Of a stretch of 64,000 bases of DNA, positions 18,893-28,330 are shown piece by piece. The translations under genes were made by a program, and so were the position numbers. The stretch is from a virus (lineage: Duplodnaviria > Caudoviricetes), in the IMG/VR virus record IMGVR_UViG_3300010167_000010, positions 64,001-128,000 of that record. One strand, written 5' to 3'. The notes under the pieces were generated by a model. It saw nothing but the letters and a program-made list of their open reading frames with translations, was not told the origin of the DNA and made no database searches. Position 1 is the stretch's first letter; each line of letters begins with the position of its first letter.

Positions 18893-20200
18893 ATGAAGAA
18901 GAGTAATCTCAAATGGGCTGTTATTCAGCCTTTAACTGGCGGCGTTTATTTTGCTGCTGAACAATCTTTTGGTAAATCGGCTGAATGGATTTTATCATAT
19001 CCTGGATTAGAAAAAGAATATTTTAATAAAGACGGTAAATGTATCAATATGGGTAATGAAAGACATTTACTCAAATATCTAGAAAAGAATAATAATTTAC
19101 CACCATATACACAATTTGATCATGATATGTTTGATGATAGAAACGGAAAAATTATTCATATAAAAAATAATGAAGAATATGGAAATAAAAAATTTAAAGA
19201 AGACGACATCATAAAAAATGAAATAGATTTAATTTGTGCTGTTCCTGTTTGTTCAGGTTTGAGCGCTGCTAATACTCAGGATCATGGAAAAAAAGATAGT
19301 ATTAAAAATAATAATATGAAATTTATTACTGAGTTTACTTTAACATCAATTCAGCCAAAAGTATTTATATTTGAAAATGCACCTAATCTTTTTACTAATG
19401 TTGGTATTGAAGTTAGAGATTATCTTAATAATGTTGCTTTAGATAGAGGTTATTCAGTTTCTTATATAAAAACAGATACTAGATTACATAAAAATGTTCA
19501 AAAAAGAATTAGAACATTTGTTATATTTTGGAAATGGTTAGATAATAAACCAACTCCTCCGCCAATGATTGGTTATGAAAATGCTCCTTTTGATACTGTT
19601 CAAGAATACTTAAATTTAATTCCAAAAAATGCTACACAACAAGATATAATATTAAATGAAGTAAATAAAGATAGAGAATATAATTTTATTAAAAAACATT
19701 TTGGTAAAAATTGGCGAAAAGAAGTCGGAAGACAAAGATTAAAAAGTTTTATTATATCGAGAGGACTAGAAAATGATTTCTATCAATTTCATAAAGACGA
19801 TAAATTAAAAGCTCATTATAAATATTGTAAACATAAACTAGATATTCAAAAAGGTTATTTTGATAGATCACATTTTGTAATGGGTAACGATTATATGCCA
19901 ACTGTTTATCATGGAAATACTTGGTCAGCAATACACCCGACAGAAGATAGGTGTCTAAACTTTAGAGAATATATTCATGCTATGGGTTTACCGCACGATT
20001 TTGAATATTTGCATAATAAACATACTTTTGGTTCTGTTATTGGTCAAAATGTTCCAGTAAATACTTTTAAATTTTGGATTGATGAATGTAGGTATATAAT
20101 TGAAGATTGGGATAATAGAAGAAAAAAAGCTCCAATAGGAGTAAATAGAACTAATGTTTATTTTCATGATAATATTCATCAACGCGGAGAATATAAATGA
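18893..20200 (+). CDS. divergent DNA cytosine-C5 methyltransferase
   Basis: Motif IV PVCSGLS, VI FENAP, VIII QKRIRTF, IX HPTEDR..REY..AMG.P, X GQNVP; motif I altered (IQPLTGG). Confidence 0.8.
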   Translation: MKKSNLKWAVIQPLTGGVYFAAEQSFGKSAEWILSYPGLEKEYFNKDGKCINMGNERHLLKYLEKNNNLPPYTQFDHDMFDDRNGKIIHIKNNEEYGNKKFKEDDIIKNEIDLICAVPVCSGLSAANTQDHGKKDSIKNNNMKFITEFTLTSIQPKVFIFENAPNLFTNVGIEVRDYLNNVALDRGYSVSYIKTDTRLHKNVQKRIRTFVIFWKWLDNKPTPPPMIGYENAPFDTVQEYLNLIPKNATQQDIILNEVNKDREYNFIKKHFGKNWRKEVGRQRLKSFIISRGLENDFYQFHKDDKLKAHYKYCKHKLDIQKGYFDRSHFVMGNDYMPTVYHGNTWSAIHPTEDRCLNFREYIHAMGLPHDFEYLHNKHTFGSVIGQNVPVNTFKFWIDECRYIIEDWDNRRKKAPIGVNRTNVYFHDNIHQRGEYK

Positions 20201-20751
20201 GCGATGACTTAAAGGTTCCCCCAGAGCCTAATTTCCCAATACCTAAAATTATAAATCCAATAAATTTTACTGAAGATAGATTTTCACAATTTATGTTTAT
20301 AGTTTATTATACTAACCCAACTAGAGATTCTGTAAGACTTATTTTAGATGATGGTAGTATTAAAGTTTGGATTAAACGAGATAAATTTTTAAAACTTATG
20401 AGTGATATTTTAAATGAAACTTTATTATACGAATGTCAAGTTACTTTATATAGAATTAAAGAATCTTTAAGTTCTTATGGTAAAATATATTATTATAACA
20501 GAGTTAGAAATCATTTTGAAGAACTTATGGAAGTAGCTGATTTTGAAAAAATTAGGCCGCAAGAATTATTAGAAGAATCTAGAAAACCGTTAGAACAAAA
20601 AACTATGCAAGATAATTTTAATAAAGTAAATAAACAATATAATGAAGAAATATTAAATAAAATATCTTTCTCACCACCTGAAAAATTATTTAATAAAGTT
20701 GTATCTGTTATAACTAAAGACTTTGCTAAAAGAAAAAAGAAAACACTTTAA
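20197..20751 (+). CDS. hypothetical protein
   Basis: 184-aa ORF, GGAG SD, ATGA overlap. Confidence 0.7.
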   Translation: MSDDLKVPPEPNFPIPKIINPINFTEDRFSQFMFIVYYTNPTRDSVRLILDDGSIKVWIKRDKFLKLMSDILNETLLYECQVTLYRIKESLSSYGKIYYYNRVRNHFEELMEVADFEKIRPQELLEESRKPLEQKTMQDNFNKVNKQYNEEILNKISFSPPEKLFNKVVSVITKDFAKRKKKTL

Positions 20752-21389
20752 CATTTCATTCCGACAATATAATTATTTTCTAATTTAACTACTGTTGTTT
20801 TTCCCTCTTTAACTATATCAGATAATTTTTTCATTGTCATTAATTGTTCTTCACTCATATCTTTTAAACAATCTTCAGTAAGTTTTTCTATTTCACTTTC
20901 TGGGTGAGCCTTTTGAAAACCAGAAACTACTTTATTTCCTGAAACATAAAATAAAACAGTAGAACCAAATGAAACAAATAATGGTGTTAAAGCTAAATCA
21001 GCATCAAAAATAGAATTTAATCCAACAGCTAATAAATAAATAAAAAAAGACATTACCATAACTTGTTTAAGATGTCCTATTTTTTCTTCTGTAAAAGCAG
21101 TAGTTTGATTCCCATTTTTAAATGCGTCTACTGAAAAAGCTGCTCTATCTAAACCAACATAAGCAGCAGATATTGCAGCCCAAAAATTTGATATCATTTC
21201 CATCGGAAGATTAAATCTGGCATTAAATATAGTTAAAAACCAAGCCCATTCTCCATTGCCATTTAATTCGGCCATTAATTGGAGAAAGGGAATTAAACAT
21301 TGTAAAATAAGAGATCCAGCTACAAAAAATCCAAAAAAGAGAACATAAATTGATGCACCTTTTAATCGCTTTTTAAACGGATCACTCAT
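20748..21389 (-). CDS. multi-pass membrane protein
   Basis: About 4 hydrophobic helices and a charged C-terminal tail. Confidence 0.7.
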   Translation of the reverse strand: MSDPFKKRLKGASIYVLFFGFFVAGSLILQCLIPFLQLMAELNGNGEWAWFLTIFNARFNLPMEMISNFWAAISAAYVGLDRAAFSVDAFKNGNQTTAFTEEKIGHLKQVMVMSFFIYLLAVGLNSIFDADLALTPLFVSFGSTVLFYVSGNKVVSGFQKAHPESEIEKLTEDCLKDMSEEQLMTMKKLSDIVKEGKTTVVKLENNYIVGMKC

Positions 21390-22380
21390 AATATCTTACG
21401 GCAGTTTCTGGTAGCCACGCTCCATATAAAGGTTCTTCTAATTGTAAATTACGTCTAGTAATAAAATTTAATATATTATTAGCTGGGGTATATTGTAAAA
21501 AATTAGTAAATAAACCTGGTTTCTTTTTTAATAATTTTGCATCAACATCATTTCTCCAAGCTCTTTTACTTTTATCAGCAGGGCATTCTAATACATTTTC
21601 TTTTTTGAGATATAAAGTTTTTAATTTAAAATCTGTTTGCATAAATACAGCAACCTCTCTTATAGTTTGTGAACGACAAATCATTTGACATTCATTTTTA
21701 GGCGAACCGTCTGTAACTATAAGTGCTGGTAAAAAATATGCTTTACATTCTTTACATTGAACTCGAGTATCAGTAGCATATTGTTCAGCTCTAGATTTAA
21801 ATCTAGGATCTGGTGTTGGATTCATATAATAATTAAAAACATCTGAAAAAGAATGAATTGCATTACATTTTGGACATGGAGAATAATTTATAATTTCTAT
21901 ATTCGTATCTGGAATTTTAACATTTCCCATGTTTTCTTTTTCATTAATTGCTCGTATATCTGATAAAATATTTTCTGCTTTACTATTTCCAGCATTTGCA
22001 GAAGTAAAAAATCGACATACAGAAATATCGCTATCCATCATTCCATAAACTCTTTCTTCTACTTGATTTCGATATTTTAAAAATTTCAAAAAGTGGTCAG
22101 TATTTTCAAATCTATCAGCTTTAAATCCACCTTTAACTGAGTCTAATAACAATTGAATTTCAGCATCAGACAATACTTTTCCAGTATCTGGGTCTAACAT
22201 TGGTTTCCAATACCTTTGATATTCTTTAGGCCAGTTTACATAAGACATTTTTTCTTCGCCTTCCCACTCATATTCAATAGTTCGGCCTAAAGCAGCTCTT
22301 TGTAATGAGTCTGGTCCATCATAGACAGGAATCTCATTATTTTTCCAACCTGTGGTTGTAGATGATTGTCTTATTCTCAT
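21382..22380 (-). CDS. hypothetical zinc-ribbon protein
   Basis: CPKC and CKEC pair; class B motif AACTAATTA at 22384-22392 (-). Confidence 0.7.
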   Translation of the reverse strand: MRIRQSSTTTGWKNNEIPVYDGPDSLQRAALGRTIEYEWEGEEKMSYVNWPKEYQRYWKPMLDPDTGKVLSDAEIQLLLDSVKGGFKADRFENTDHFLKFLKYRNQVEERVYGMMDSDISVCRFFTSANAGNSKAENILSDIRAINEKENMGNVKIPDTNIEIINYSPCPKCNAIHSFSDVFNYYMNPTPDPRFKSRAEQYATDTRVQCKECKAYFLPALIVTDGSPKNECQMICRSQTIREVAVFMQTDFKLKTLYLKKENVLECPADKSKRAWRNDVDAKLLKKKPGLFTNFLQYTPANNILNFITRRNLQLEEPLYGAWLPETAVRYYE

Positions 22381-22487
22381 ATATAATTAGTTACCTAATA
22401 ATCATTATTGTAATCAAATTTCGATCTCGAAATCTCTTTCGTTTTTAAAGATAAATTTAAAAAGGAAACAAAATCAGAGATCACATT

Positions 22488-22517
22488 TTGAACAAAAATA
22501 GGTGTTAATCTTATATT
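22488..22517 (+). promoter_or_regulatory. sigma70-like (early) promoter
   Basis: TTGAAC-N18-TATATT; near-identical arrangement at 54942-54970. Confidence 0.5.
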
Positions 22518-22550
22518 ATATAAAGAATATCTTAAACTAAGGGGAAAAGT

Positions 22551-22931
22551 ATGTCTAAGAGAACTTTAATATGGTTGGCGATTGCACTGTTTTTTCTGAC
22601 TATGGCGATTGGAGTCGCACATGGCGAATGTTTTGATAGTGCTCATCGTGAACTACGGCATAACTTTAATTTTATCGATTCTTATGAAAGAGAAGCATTA
22701 TCTATTGATAATTATGCGACTATCATATTTAACGATAATACTGGAGTTGCTTTTTTAATAGAGCAAGACGACAGGGTAGTTAGAGTTACTGTATTTGCCA
22801 AAGCGGGTAATCCTGAGGCGATAGAATCTGCGTTATCTTTTAATGTAAGAGAATTAAACGGTGGAGTTAAGAATATTGTTTCAATTGGAATGGCTCCCAT
22901 GAGAGGAATTAGAATTCTAACGACAATTTAA
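22551..22931 (+). CDS. secreted/periplasmic protein
   Basis: Sec signal MSKRTLIWLAIALFFLTMAIGVAHG; standalone unit between promoter and terminator. Confidence 0.7.
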   Translation: MSKRTLIWLAIALFFLTMAIGVAHGECFDSAHRELRHNFNFIDSYEREALSIDNYATIIFNDNTGVAFLIEQDDRVVRVTVFAKAGNPEAIESALSFNVRELNGGVKNIVSIGMAPMRGIRILTTI

Positions 22932-22951
22932 TTTTATTTTCTTTTCTTCTT

Positions 22952-22975
22952 AAGCTCCCGAAAGGGAGCTTTTTT
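22952..22975 (+). terminator. intrinsic terminator
   Basis: AAGCTCCC-GAAA-GGGAGCTT followed by a T run. Confidence 0.9.
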
Positions 22976-22985
22976 AGTTAATATA
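22976..22985 (+). promoter_or_regulatory. class A promoter-like motif
   Basis: AGTTAATATA 6 nt before ATG 22992, no SD, directly after the terminator. Confidence 0.6.
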
Positions 22986-22991
22986 ACAATA

Positions 22992-23357
22992 ATGAAAAAT
23001 ATAGAAAAATTATTTATATCAGATGCAGAACAAAAAGAATTGATTACTAAGATTTCTGCACTTTGTGGATTAAAACAAGATATTATAAAACAAGTTTGGA
23101 TGTATACTTTTTTTAATAGTTATCTTTCTCTTTTAGAACAAAAAGATAAAAATGTTAATGAAATTAAATTACCTTTTATTGGTAAAGTTATGTTACGATT
23201 TAATGAAGAAAATGCAGATTGTGAATCTTTTTTATGTTTGGACCATAACGTAAAAGAAATTATAAAAAATTTAAGAACTGGCAACGATACAGGCTTAGTA
23301 CAATTTTTTCAAGAAAATTTTATCAACAAAGTAATATCTAATATCGTAGAAGAATAA
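22992..23357 (+). CDS. HU/IHF-like DNA-binding protein (divergent)
   Basis: ELITKISALCGLKQDIIKQV helix pair and EIKLPFIGKVMLR strand match the HU pattern. Confidence 0.45.
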   Translation: MKNIEKLFISDAEQKELITKISALCGLKQDIIKQVWMYTFFNSYLSLLEQKDKNVNEIKLPFIGKVMLRFNEENADCESFLCLDHNVKEIIKNLRTGNDTGLVQFFQENFINKVISNIVEE

Positions 23358-23379
23358 GATATTTATAAAAAGGAAAAAT

Positions 23380-24552
23380 ATGTATATAGATAATGAAATA
23401 AAAATTTGTTTTAGTGATGTACTTATAAAACCAAAAAGATCTACTCTTTCAAGTAGAAAAGATGTTACTTTAGAAAGAACTTTTTTAACTAAAAATCAAA
23501 ATAGTATATCTGGTATTCCTATTATTGCTGCAAATATGTCTACAGGTAATTTTAATATGGCAAATATATTTATTAAAAATAATATGTTTGTAGCTATTGC
23601 AAAACATTATAATAATAAATGGATGGAAATTTGTAATGATACTATACAAGATGATGTAAATGATAATGATTTATTAAAATATATTGGGAATTGTTTTTAT
23701 ACTATCGGAATGTGTGAAGAAGAAGTAGATCAATTAAAATTATTTTATAATAGTGTTCGAGTAAAAGGCTTTAATCCTGATAATATTAAAATTTGTATAG
23801 ATATTGCTAATGGATATTCTCAAAAATTTGCAGACTTTGTAAATTTTGTTAGAATACATTTCCCAAATAATATTATAATGGCTGGTAATGTTTGTACTCC
23901 AGAAATGACTCAAGAACTTATTTTAGCTGGAGCAGATATAATTAAAATTGGAATTGGTCCAGGAAGTGCTTGTACTACTAGATTAAAAACTGGAGTAGGA
24001 TATCCACAATTAAGTGCTTGCATAGAAAATGCTGATGTTGCTCACGGTTTAGATGCTCTTATTTGTTTAGATGGTGGGATAACGTGTCCGGGTGATGTTG
24101 CTAAAGCGTTTGGAGCAAACTCAGATTTTGTTATGATTGGTGGTATGTTTGCTGGTACAGATGAATGTGACGGAGATATTATAACTAAATATGAGCATGA
24201 CGGTACTTTTAACAGAATAGGTATTCCAATTCATGTAGATGGAATGTCAGTACAATTACCACCGCAAAGACATATGTTTCATTATGAACCAAATATTATA
24301 GAAAAAAAATATAAAATTTGGTACGGAATGAGTTCAGATATTGCACCTGGAAATAAAGGAAAAGAAAAAAAATACAGAACTTCAGAAGGAAGAATTGAAG
24401 AAATTCTTTTAAAAGGTCCTGTTCAAAATATAATTGACGATATTTTAGGGGGATTAAGATCGGCTTGTACTTATGTCGGTGCAAGCCAACTTAAGAACAT
24501 GGGAAAGTGTACTCCTTTTGTAAAAGTTGGACGTCAACACAACAAGTTCTAA
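23380..24552 (+). CDS. guaC: GMP reductase
   Basis: PKRSTLSSR, AANM, DIANGYS, GIGPGSACTT, DGG, GGMFAG, YGMSS, GGLRSACTYVGA. Confidence 0.92.
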   Translation: MYIDNEIKICFSDVLIKPKRSTLSSRKDVTLERTFLTKNQNSISGIPIIAANMSTGNFNMANIFIKNNMFVAIAKHYNNKWMEICNDTIQDDVNDNDLLKYIGNCFYTIGMCEEEVDQLKLFYNSVRVKGFNPDNIKICIDIANGYSQKFADFVNFVRIHFPNNIIMAGNVCTPEMTQELILAGADIIKIGIGPGSACTTRLKTGVGYPQLSACIENADVAHGLDALICLDGGITCPGDVAKAFGANSDFVMIGGMFAGTDECDGDIITKYEHDGTFNRIGIPIHVDGMSVQLPPQRHMFHYEPNIIEKKYKIWYGMSSDIAPGNKGKEKKYRTSEGRIEEILLKGPVQNIIDDILGGLRSACTYVGASQLKNMGKCTPFVKVGRQHNKF

Positions 24553-24570
24553 ATCAAACTTAGAACAGTC

Positions 24571-24579
24571 TACTAATTA
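24571..24579 (+). promoter_or_regulatory. class B promoter-like motif
   Basis: TACTAATTA upstream of nrdD. Confidence 0.5.
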
Positions 24580-24606
24580 TTTTTATGGAGGAGCTTAAAT
24601 TTATTT

Positions 24607-26403
24607 ATGGCAGATAATGGAGATTTTGGTCCCGTTACTATAGATCCTATTTTAATTACTGATTCTTATTTAGAAAAACAAGATTGGAGAATTAAGGAAA
24701 ATAGTACATCAAACTATTCGGTTGGAGGGTTGATTTTACATCAATCTGGTACAATATCAGCAAACTATTGGTTGAATAAAGTTTATTCTACTGATGTTAA
24801 AATGGCACACCAATCGTGTGATTTTCATATACACGATTTACAACTTCTTGCGGCCTATTGTGCAGGTTGGTCAATAGCTACTGTTTTAGAAGAGGGTTTA
24901 GGAAAAGTTAGAGGAAAAATTGATAGTGGTCCTCCTAAACATTTAAATACAGCTGTGCAGCAATTAGTTAATTTTTTAGGTATTTTACAAAACGAATGGA
25001 ATGGGGCTCAAGCATTTAATGGCTTCGATACTTATTTAGCACCCTTTATACGTAAAGATAATATGTCTTATGAAGAAGTTAAACAATGTATGCAATTTTT
25101 CTGTTTCAGTATAAATACTCCGTCTAGATGGGGGAGTCAATCACCATTTAGTAATATAACTTTAGATTTAACAGTACCTGCCGACTTAAAAGATAAACAT
25201 CCTATTATAGGTGGACGTAAACAGCAATTTACTTATGGTGAACTTCAAAATGAAATGAACTTAATAAATAAAGCTTTTTTTGATGTATTTGAAACAGGAG
25301 ATTATTCTGGAAATATATTTCAATACCCAATCCCAACATTGAATTGTACACCAGATTTTTTTGAAAAATTAGATCCAGAGATAGAAGAAAGAATATATCG
25401 ACTTACTTGTAAATTTGGTAGCTTTTATTTTAGTAATTTTGTAAATACAGATATGAAACCAGAAGACGCGCGATCAATGTGCTGTCGTTTGAGATTAGAT
25501 CTTCGTGAATTAACGAGAAAGAATGGTTCATTATTTGGTGCTGGAGATAATACTGGAAGCATCGGTGTAGTGACGCTTAATTTACCAAAAATTGGATATC
25601 TTTCTAAAACTAGAGAAGAATTATTTGAAAGAATTGAAGCCTTAATGGTTATAGCAAAAAAGAGTTTAGAACAAAAACGAAATAGATTAAATGATTGGTT
25701 TGATAGAGGGATATTTCCTTATACTAAACGATACTTAAAAGCAAAATATGAAAATCATTTTAGCACAATTGGTTTAGTTGGAATGAATGAATTATGTAGA
25801 AATTATTTCCGAAATATTAAGAAGAAAGATTGGGATATTTCTACTAAAGAAGGGAAACAACTAGCAATAGATATTTTAAATTTTATGCGTACTAAATGTT
25901 CAGATTTTCAAGTAGAAACTGGTCATCTTTATAATTTAGAATCTACACCGGCTGAATCTACTTCTTATCGATTAGCTAAACATGATAAAAAGAAATATCA
26001 AGATATAATAACAGCTGGAACTATTCAACGACCATATTATACTAATTCATCAAATCTTCCAGTAAACTTTTCTGATAATCCTTGGGACGCTATTATGCAT
26101 CAACAAGATATTCAACCATTATATACTGGAGGTACTACATTCCATACTTATTTGGGCGAGGGTCTAGATGATTGGCAAAAAATTAGAGATTTTATTAAAA
26201 AAGTAATGTTTAATACTAAATTACCATACATAACTATTACACCAACTTTTAGTCATTGTATAAATCATGGATTTATAAAAGGGAACACTAATGGAGTATG
26301 TCCAAAGTGTAAAGAAGAAGTAGTAAGTAACTATAGAGAAAAACTTACTGAACTTGAAAATAAGAAAAAAGCTATTTTGGAAGAAATCGGCGGTGAAAAA
26401 TAA
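24607..26403 (+). CDS. nrdD: anaerobic (class III) ribonucleoside-triphosphate reductase, catalytic part lacking the glycyl-radical domain
   Basis: DWRIKEN, HIHDL, YCAGW, RSMCCRL, TGSIGVVTLN, TPAESTSYRLA, YTGGT, C..HG..CPKC; ends without the SRxxGY motif. Confidence 0.92.
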   Translation: MADNGDFGPVTIDPILITDSYLEKQDWRIKENSTSNYSVGGLILHQSGTISANYWLNKVYSTDVKMAHQSCDFHIHDLQLLAAYCAGWSIATVLEEGLGKVRGKIDSGPPKHLNTAVQQLVNFLGILQNEWNGAQAFNGFDTYLAPFIRKDNMSYEEVKQCMQFFCFSINTPSRWGSQSPFSNITLDLTVPADLKDKHPIIGGRKQQFTYGELQNEMNLINKAFFDVFETGDYSGNIFQYPIPTLNCTPDFFEKLDPEIEERIYRLTCKFGSFYFSNFVNTDMKPEDARSMCCRLRLDLRELTRKNGSLFGAGDNTGSIGVVTLNLPKIGYLSKTREELFERIEALMVIAKKSLEQKRNRLNDWFDRGIFPYTKRYLKAKYENHFSTIGLVGMNELCRNYFRNIKKKDWDISTKEGKQLAIDILNFMRTKCSDFQVETGHLYNLESTPAESTSYRLAKHDKKKYQDIITAGTIQRPYYTNSSNLPVNFSDNPWDAIMHQQDIQPLYTGGTTFHTYLGEGLDDWQKIRDFIKKVMFNTKLPYITITPTFSHCINHGFIKGNTNGVCPKCKEEVVSNYREKLTELENKKKAILEEIGGEK

Positions 26404-26680
26404 TTTTGTTTCACTTACTAGTCTATTTGATTTAGACGATGACCAAAGTTTCGAAGATGATTTTGGAGATTTAGATATGAGATATATGACTAACAGGCAA
26501 TCGCAACAACAAGTACCAAAAACAGCTGATCAATTATTAAGAGAAGCAATTGAAACTAATGGGATGTTATTAAGAGAAATTAATCAATTAAAAAATGAAA
26601 TGAAAATTATAAAAGATAGAATGTGGATTTTATATAAAGAATTTAAAAAATATGGTCATAGTATAGAATTATTTGAATAA
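26393..26680 (+). CDS. hypothetical coiled-coil protein between the two nrdD parts
   Basis: ORF 26354..26680; GTG at 26393 is the probable start. Confidence 0.55.
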   Translation: MKNNFVSLTSLFDLDDDQSFEDDFGDLDMRYMTNRQSQQQVPKTADQLLREAIETNGMLLREINQLKNEMKIIKDRMWILYKEFKKYGHSIELFE

Positions 26681-26687
26681 AGTTACT

Positions 26688-26696
26688 TACTAATTA
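26688..26696 (+). promoter_or_regulatory. class B promoter-like motif
   Basis: TACTAATTA then AAGGAG and ATG 26710. Confidence 0.6.
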
Positions 26697-26709
26697 TAAG
26701 GAGAAATAT

Positions 26710-26895
26710 ATGGATAAAAGAATAGAAAAAATAGACGAACAAATACAACAAATTACAGCTAAACTTAATGACCCACATTTATGTGAAGGAACAGCTGATA
26801 CTTATAGTAGAATATCAGGATATTATAGACCTACAGCAAATTGGAATGAAGGTAAAACAGAAGAATTTGTTCAACGAGTAGAATATTCTTTATAA
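26710..26895 (+). CDS. nrdD: stand-alone glycyl-radical domain of class III RNR
   Basis: YSRISGYYRPTANWNEGKTEEF..R is the canonical NrdD C-terminal radical motif. Confidence 0.88.
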   Translation: MDKRIEKIDEQIQQITAKLNDPHLCEGTADTYSRISGYYRPTANWNEGKTEEFVQRVEYSL

Positions 26896-26900
26896 ATTAT

Positions 26901-26927
26901 AAGGTGAACTGAAAAGTTCACCTTTTT
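26901..26927 (+). terminator. intrinsic terminator
   Basis: AAGGTGAACT-GAAA-AGTTCACCTT followed by TTT. Confidence 0.9.
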
Positions 26928-26947
26928 AGTTTTAAAACTAACTAATA

Positions 26948-28330
26948 ATGGAAGATTCTAATCTCACTATCAAACGTGTTTATGACCAATATGACCATAA
27001 AGATTATAATTATGGAACTCTTGACTCTACAAATTTAAATCCAAAACGAGAAATTAAATTTGATCGTTTAGATAAAGTAGCTGCAAGATTACAAGAAATA
27101 ACAGATGATATAATCCGAAAAAGAATTGCACCACCAAGAGAAGTAGAAGAAGTAATAAAAGGAGCAATTGGTAGAGAATCTTTTCCTCAAGGAATTCCTT
27201 TTAAGAAACAACAAGCTTTAGCTCAAACAGGTGGTGTTGGTAATGCTTTATTATTTCCAATAATTGCAACTGGATTAGAAGTAGACGCATTAGATAGATT
27301 ATTAGAAGTAATGGTTGGAACATACCCAATACCTGAATTATTATGGGAATTTGATAAACCAATTCAATTAGATTGTGAACTCATATTAAAAAAATTCGAT
27401 GTAGAAGATGCAGAAGATTTTGAAGAATGGGATGAAGTATCAGATAGAAGAAGTAGTTCAGATTCTATATCTGCGGAAGATACTAGTGACGATTCAGATG
27501 ATGGTGGTGATTCAGATGATGACAATAATGAAGATGATGACGATGAGGACGAGGACGAGGCAGCTAGAACTGCAAAAGAATGCGCAGAAATAGAACTAAC
27601 TTGGTTAAAAATACTTTTAATCATAATCAAAATAATAAAAATATTAAAAATGATTATAGATTTAATTTTATCTTTAATAATTCCAATTTTAGAAATTTTG
27701 CAATTGGCAATTGGTGCGTGGCTTAATCCTCCTAATATTGCTCTTATTGTTCAACTTATCATAAAATTAGTTACAGCTATTATTGTAATGTTGATAACCC
27801 TTCTAATTCAACTTATTTGGAATTTATTAAATTTAGATTGTGTCGCAGATCAATTAGCTTCTATTATGGATCAAATTAGAAAAGCTTTATCAGCTTTTTC
27901 TTCTATAATGAATGCATTTGATGCTAATGCAGTAAATATGTTTGCAAATAGAATTAAAGTAGAAATAACTAATCCTCTAGATGAAATTATAGATCAAGCA
28001 ATGCAGAAAAAAGAACTCTGGGCTAATTTAAGAGATGAAATGAAAGCTTCTTTTGAAGGAATGACTATTGAAGGATTAAAAAACGATTTAATAAATGGTG
28101 TGCTTCAAGGAGTAATGGAAATACCTGAAGTTGGAGAAGTAGGAGCACTATATGCACAAGGAGCAGATATAATGAATAATTCTTTAAGGGAAGCTAAAGA
28201 ATCTATGAAAAATGCAGCGGAAGGATTTAGGGCAATGCAAGCTATGTTTAGTAAAATGCCAAAAGGAAATGATCCAATAGCTGCTGCAATGAGTCATCCT
28301 TCTATTGAGAATATGAGTAAGGGGAGTTAA
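26948..28330 (+). CDS. probable virion protein with acidic tract and long Ile/Leu-rich hydrophobic segment
   Basis: D/E/S run followed by about 75 residues dominated by I/L; class B-like motif upstream. Confidence 0.6.
   Translation: MEDSNLTIKRVYDQYDHKDYNYGTLDSTNLNPKREIKFDRLDKVAARLQEITDDIIRKRIAPPREVEEVIKGAIGRESFPQGIPFKKQQALAQTGGVGNALLFPIIATGLEVDALDRLLEVMVGTYPIPELLWEFDKPIQLDCELILKKFDVEDAEDFEEWDEVSDRRSSSDSISAEDTSDDSDDGGDSDDDNNEDDDDEDEDEAARTAKECAEIELTWLKILLIIIKIIKILKMIIDLILSLIIPILEILQLAIGAWLNPPNIALIVQLIIKLVTAIIVMLITLLIQLIWNLLNLDCVADQLASIMDQIRKALSAFSSIMNAFDANAVNMFANRIKVEITNPLDEIIDQAMQKKELWANLRDEMKASFEGMTIEGLKNDLINGVLQGVMEIPEVGEVGALYAQGADIMNNSLREAKESMKNAAEGFRAMQAMFSKMPKGNDPIAAAMSHPSIENMSKGS
27398..27560 (+). 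repeat. low-complexity Asp/Glu/Ser coding tract
   Basis: GAT/GAC/GAA-rich codons encoding DSDDGGDSDDDNNEDDDDEDEDE. Confidence 0.7.

Noticed and set aside
26310-26790. Group I intron interrupting nrdD
   Set aside because: No recognisable group I core helices. The downstream part has its own promoter motif, SD and ATG, and both parts carry extra helical ends. RT-PCR would be the final test.
27364-27630. Ser-rich minus-strand ORF and Met-rich alternative-frame ORF 27408..27593
   Set aside because: Shadows of the Asp/Glu low-complexity tract in 26948..28330.
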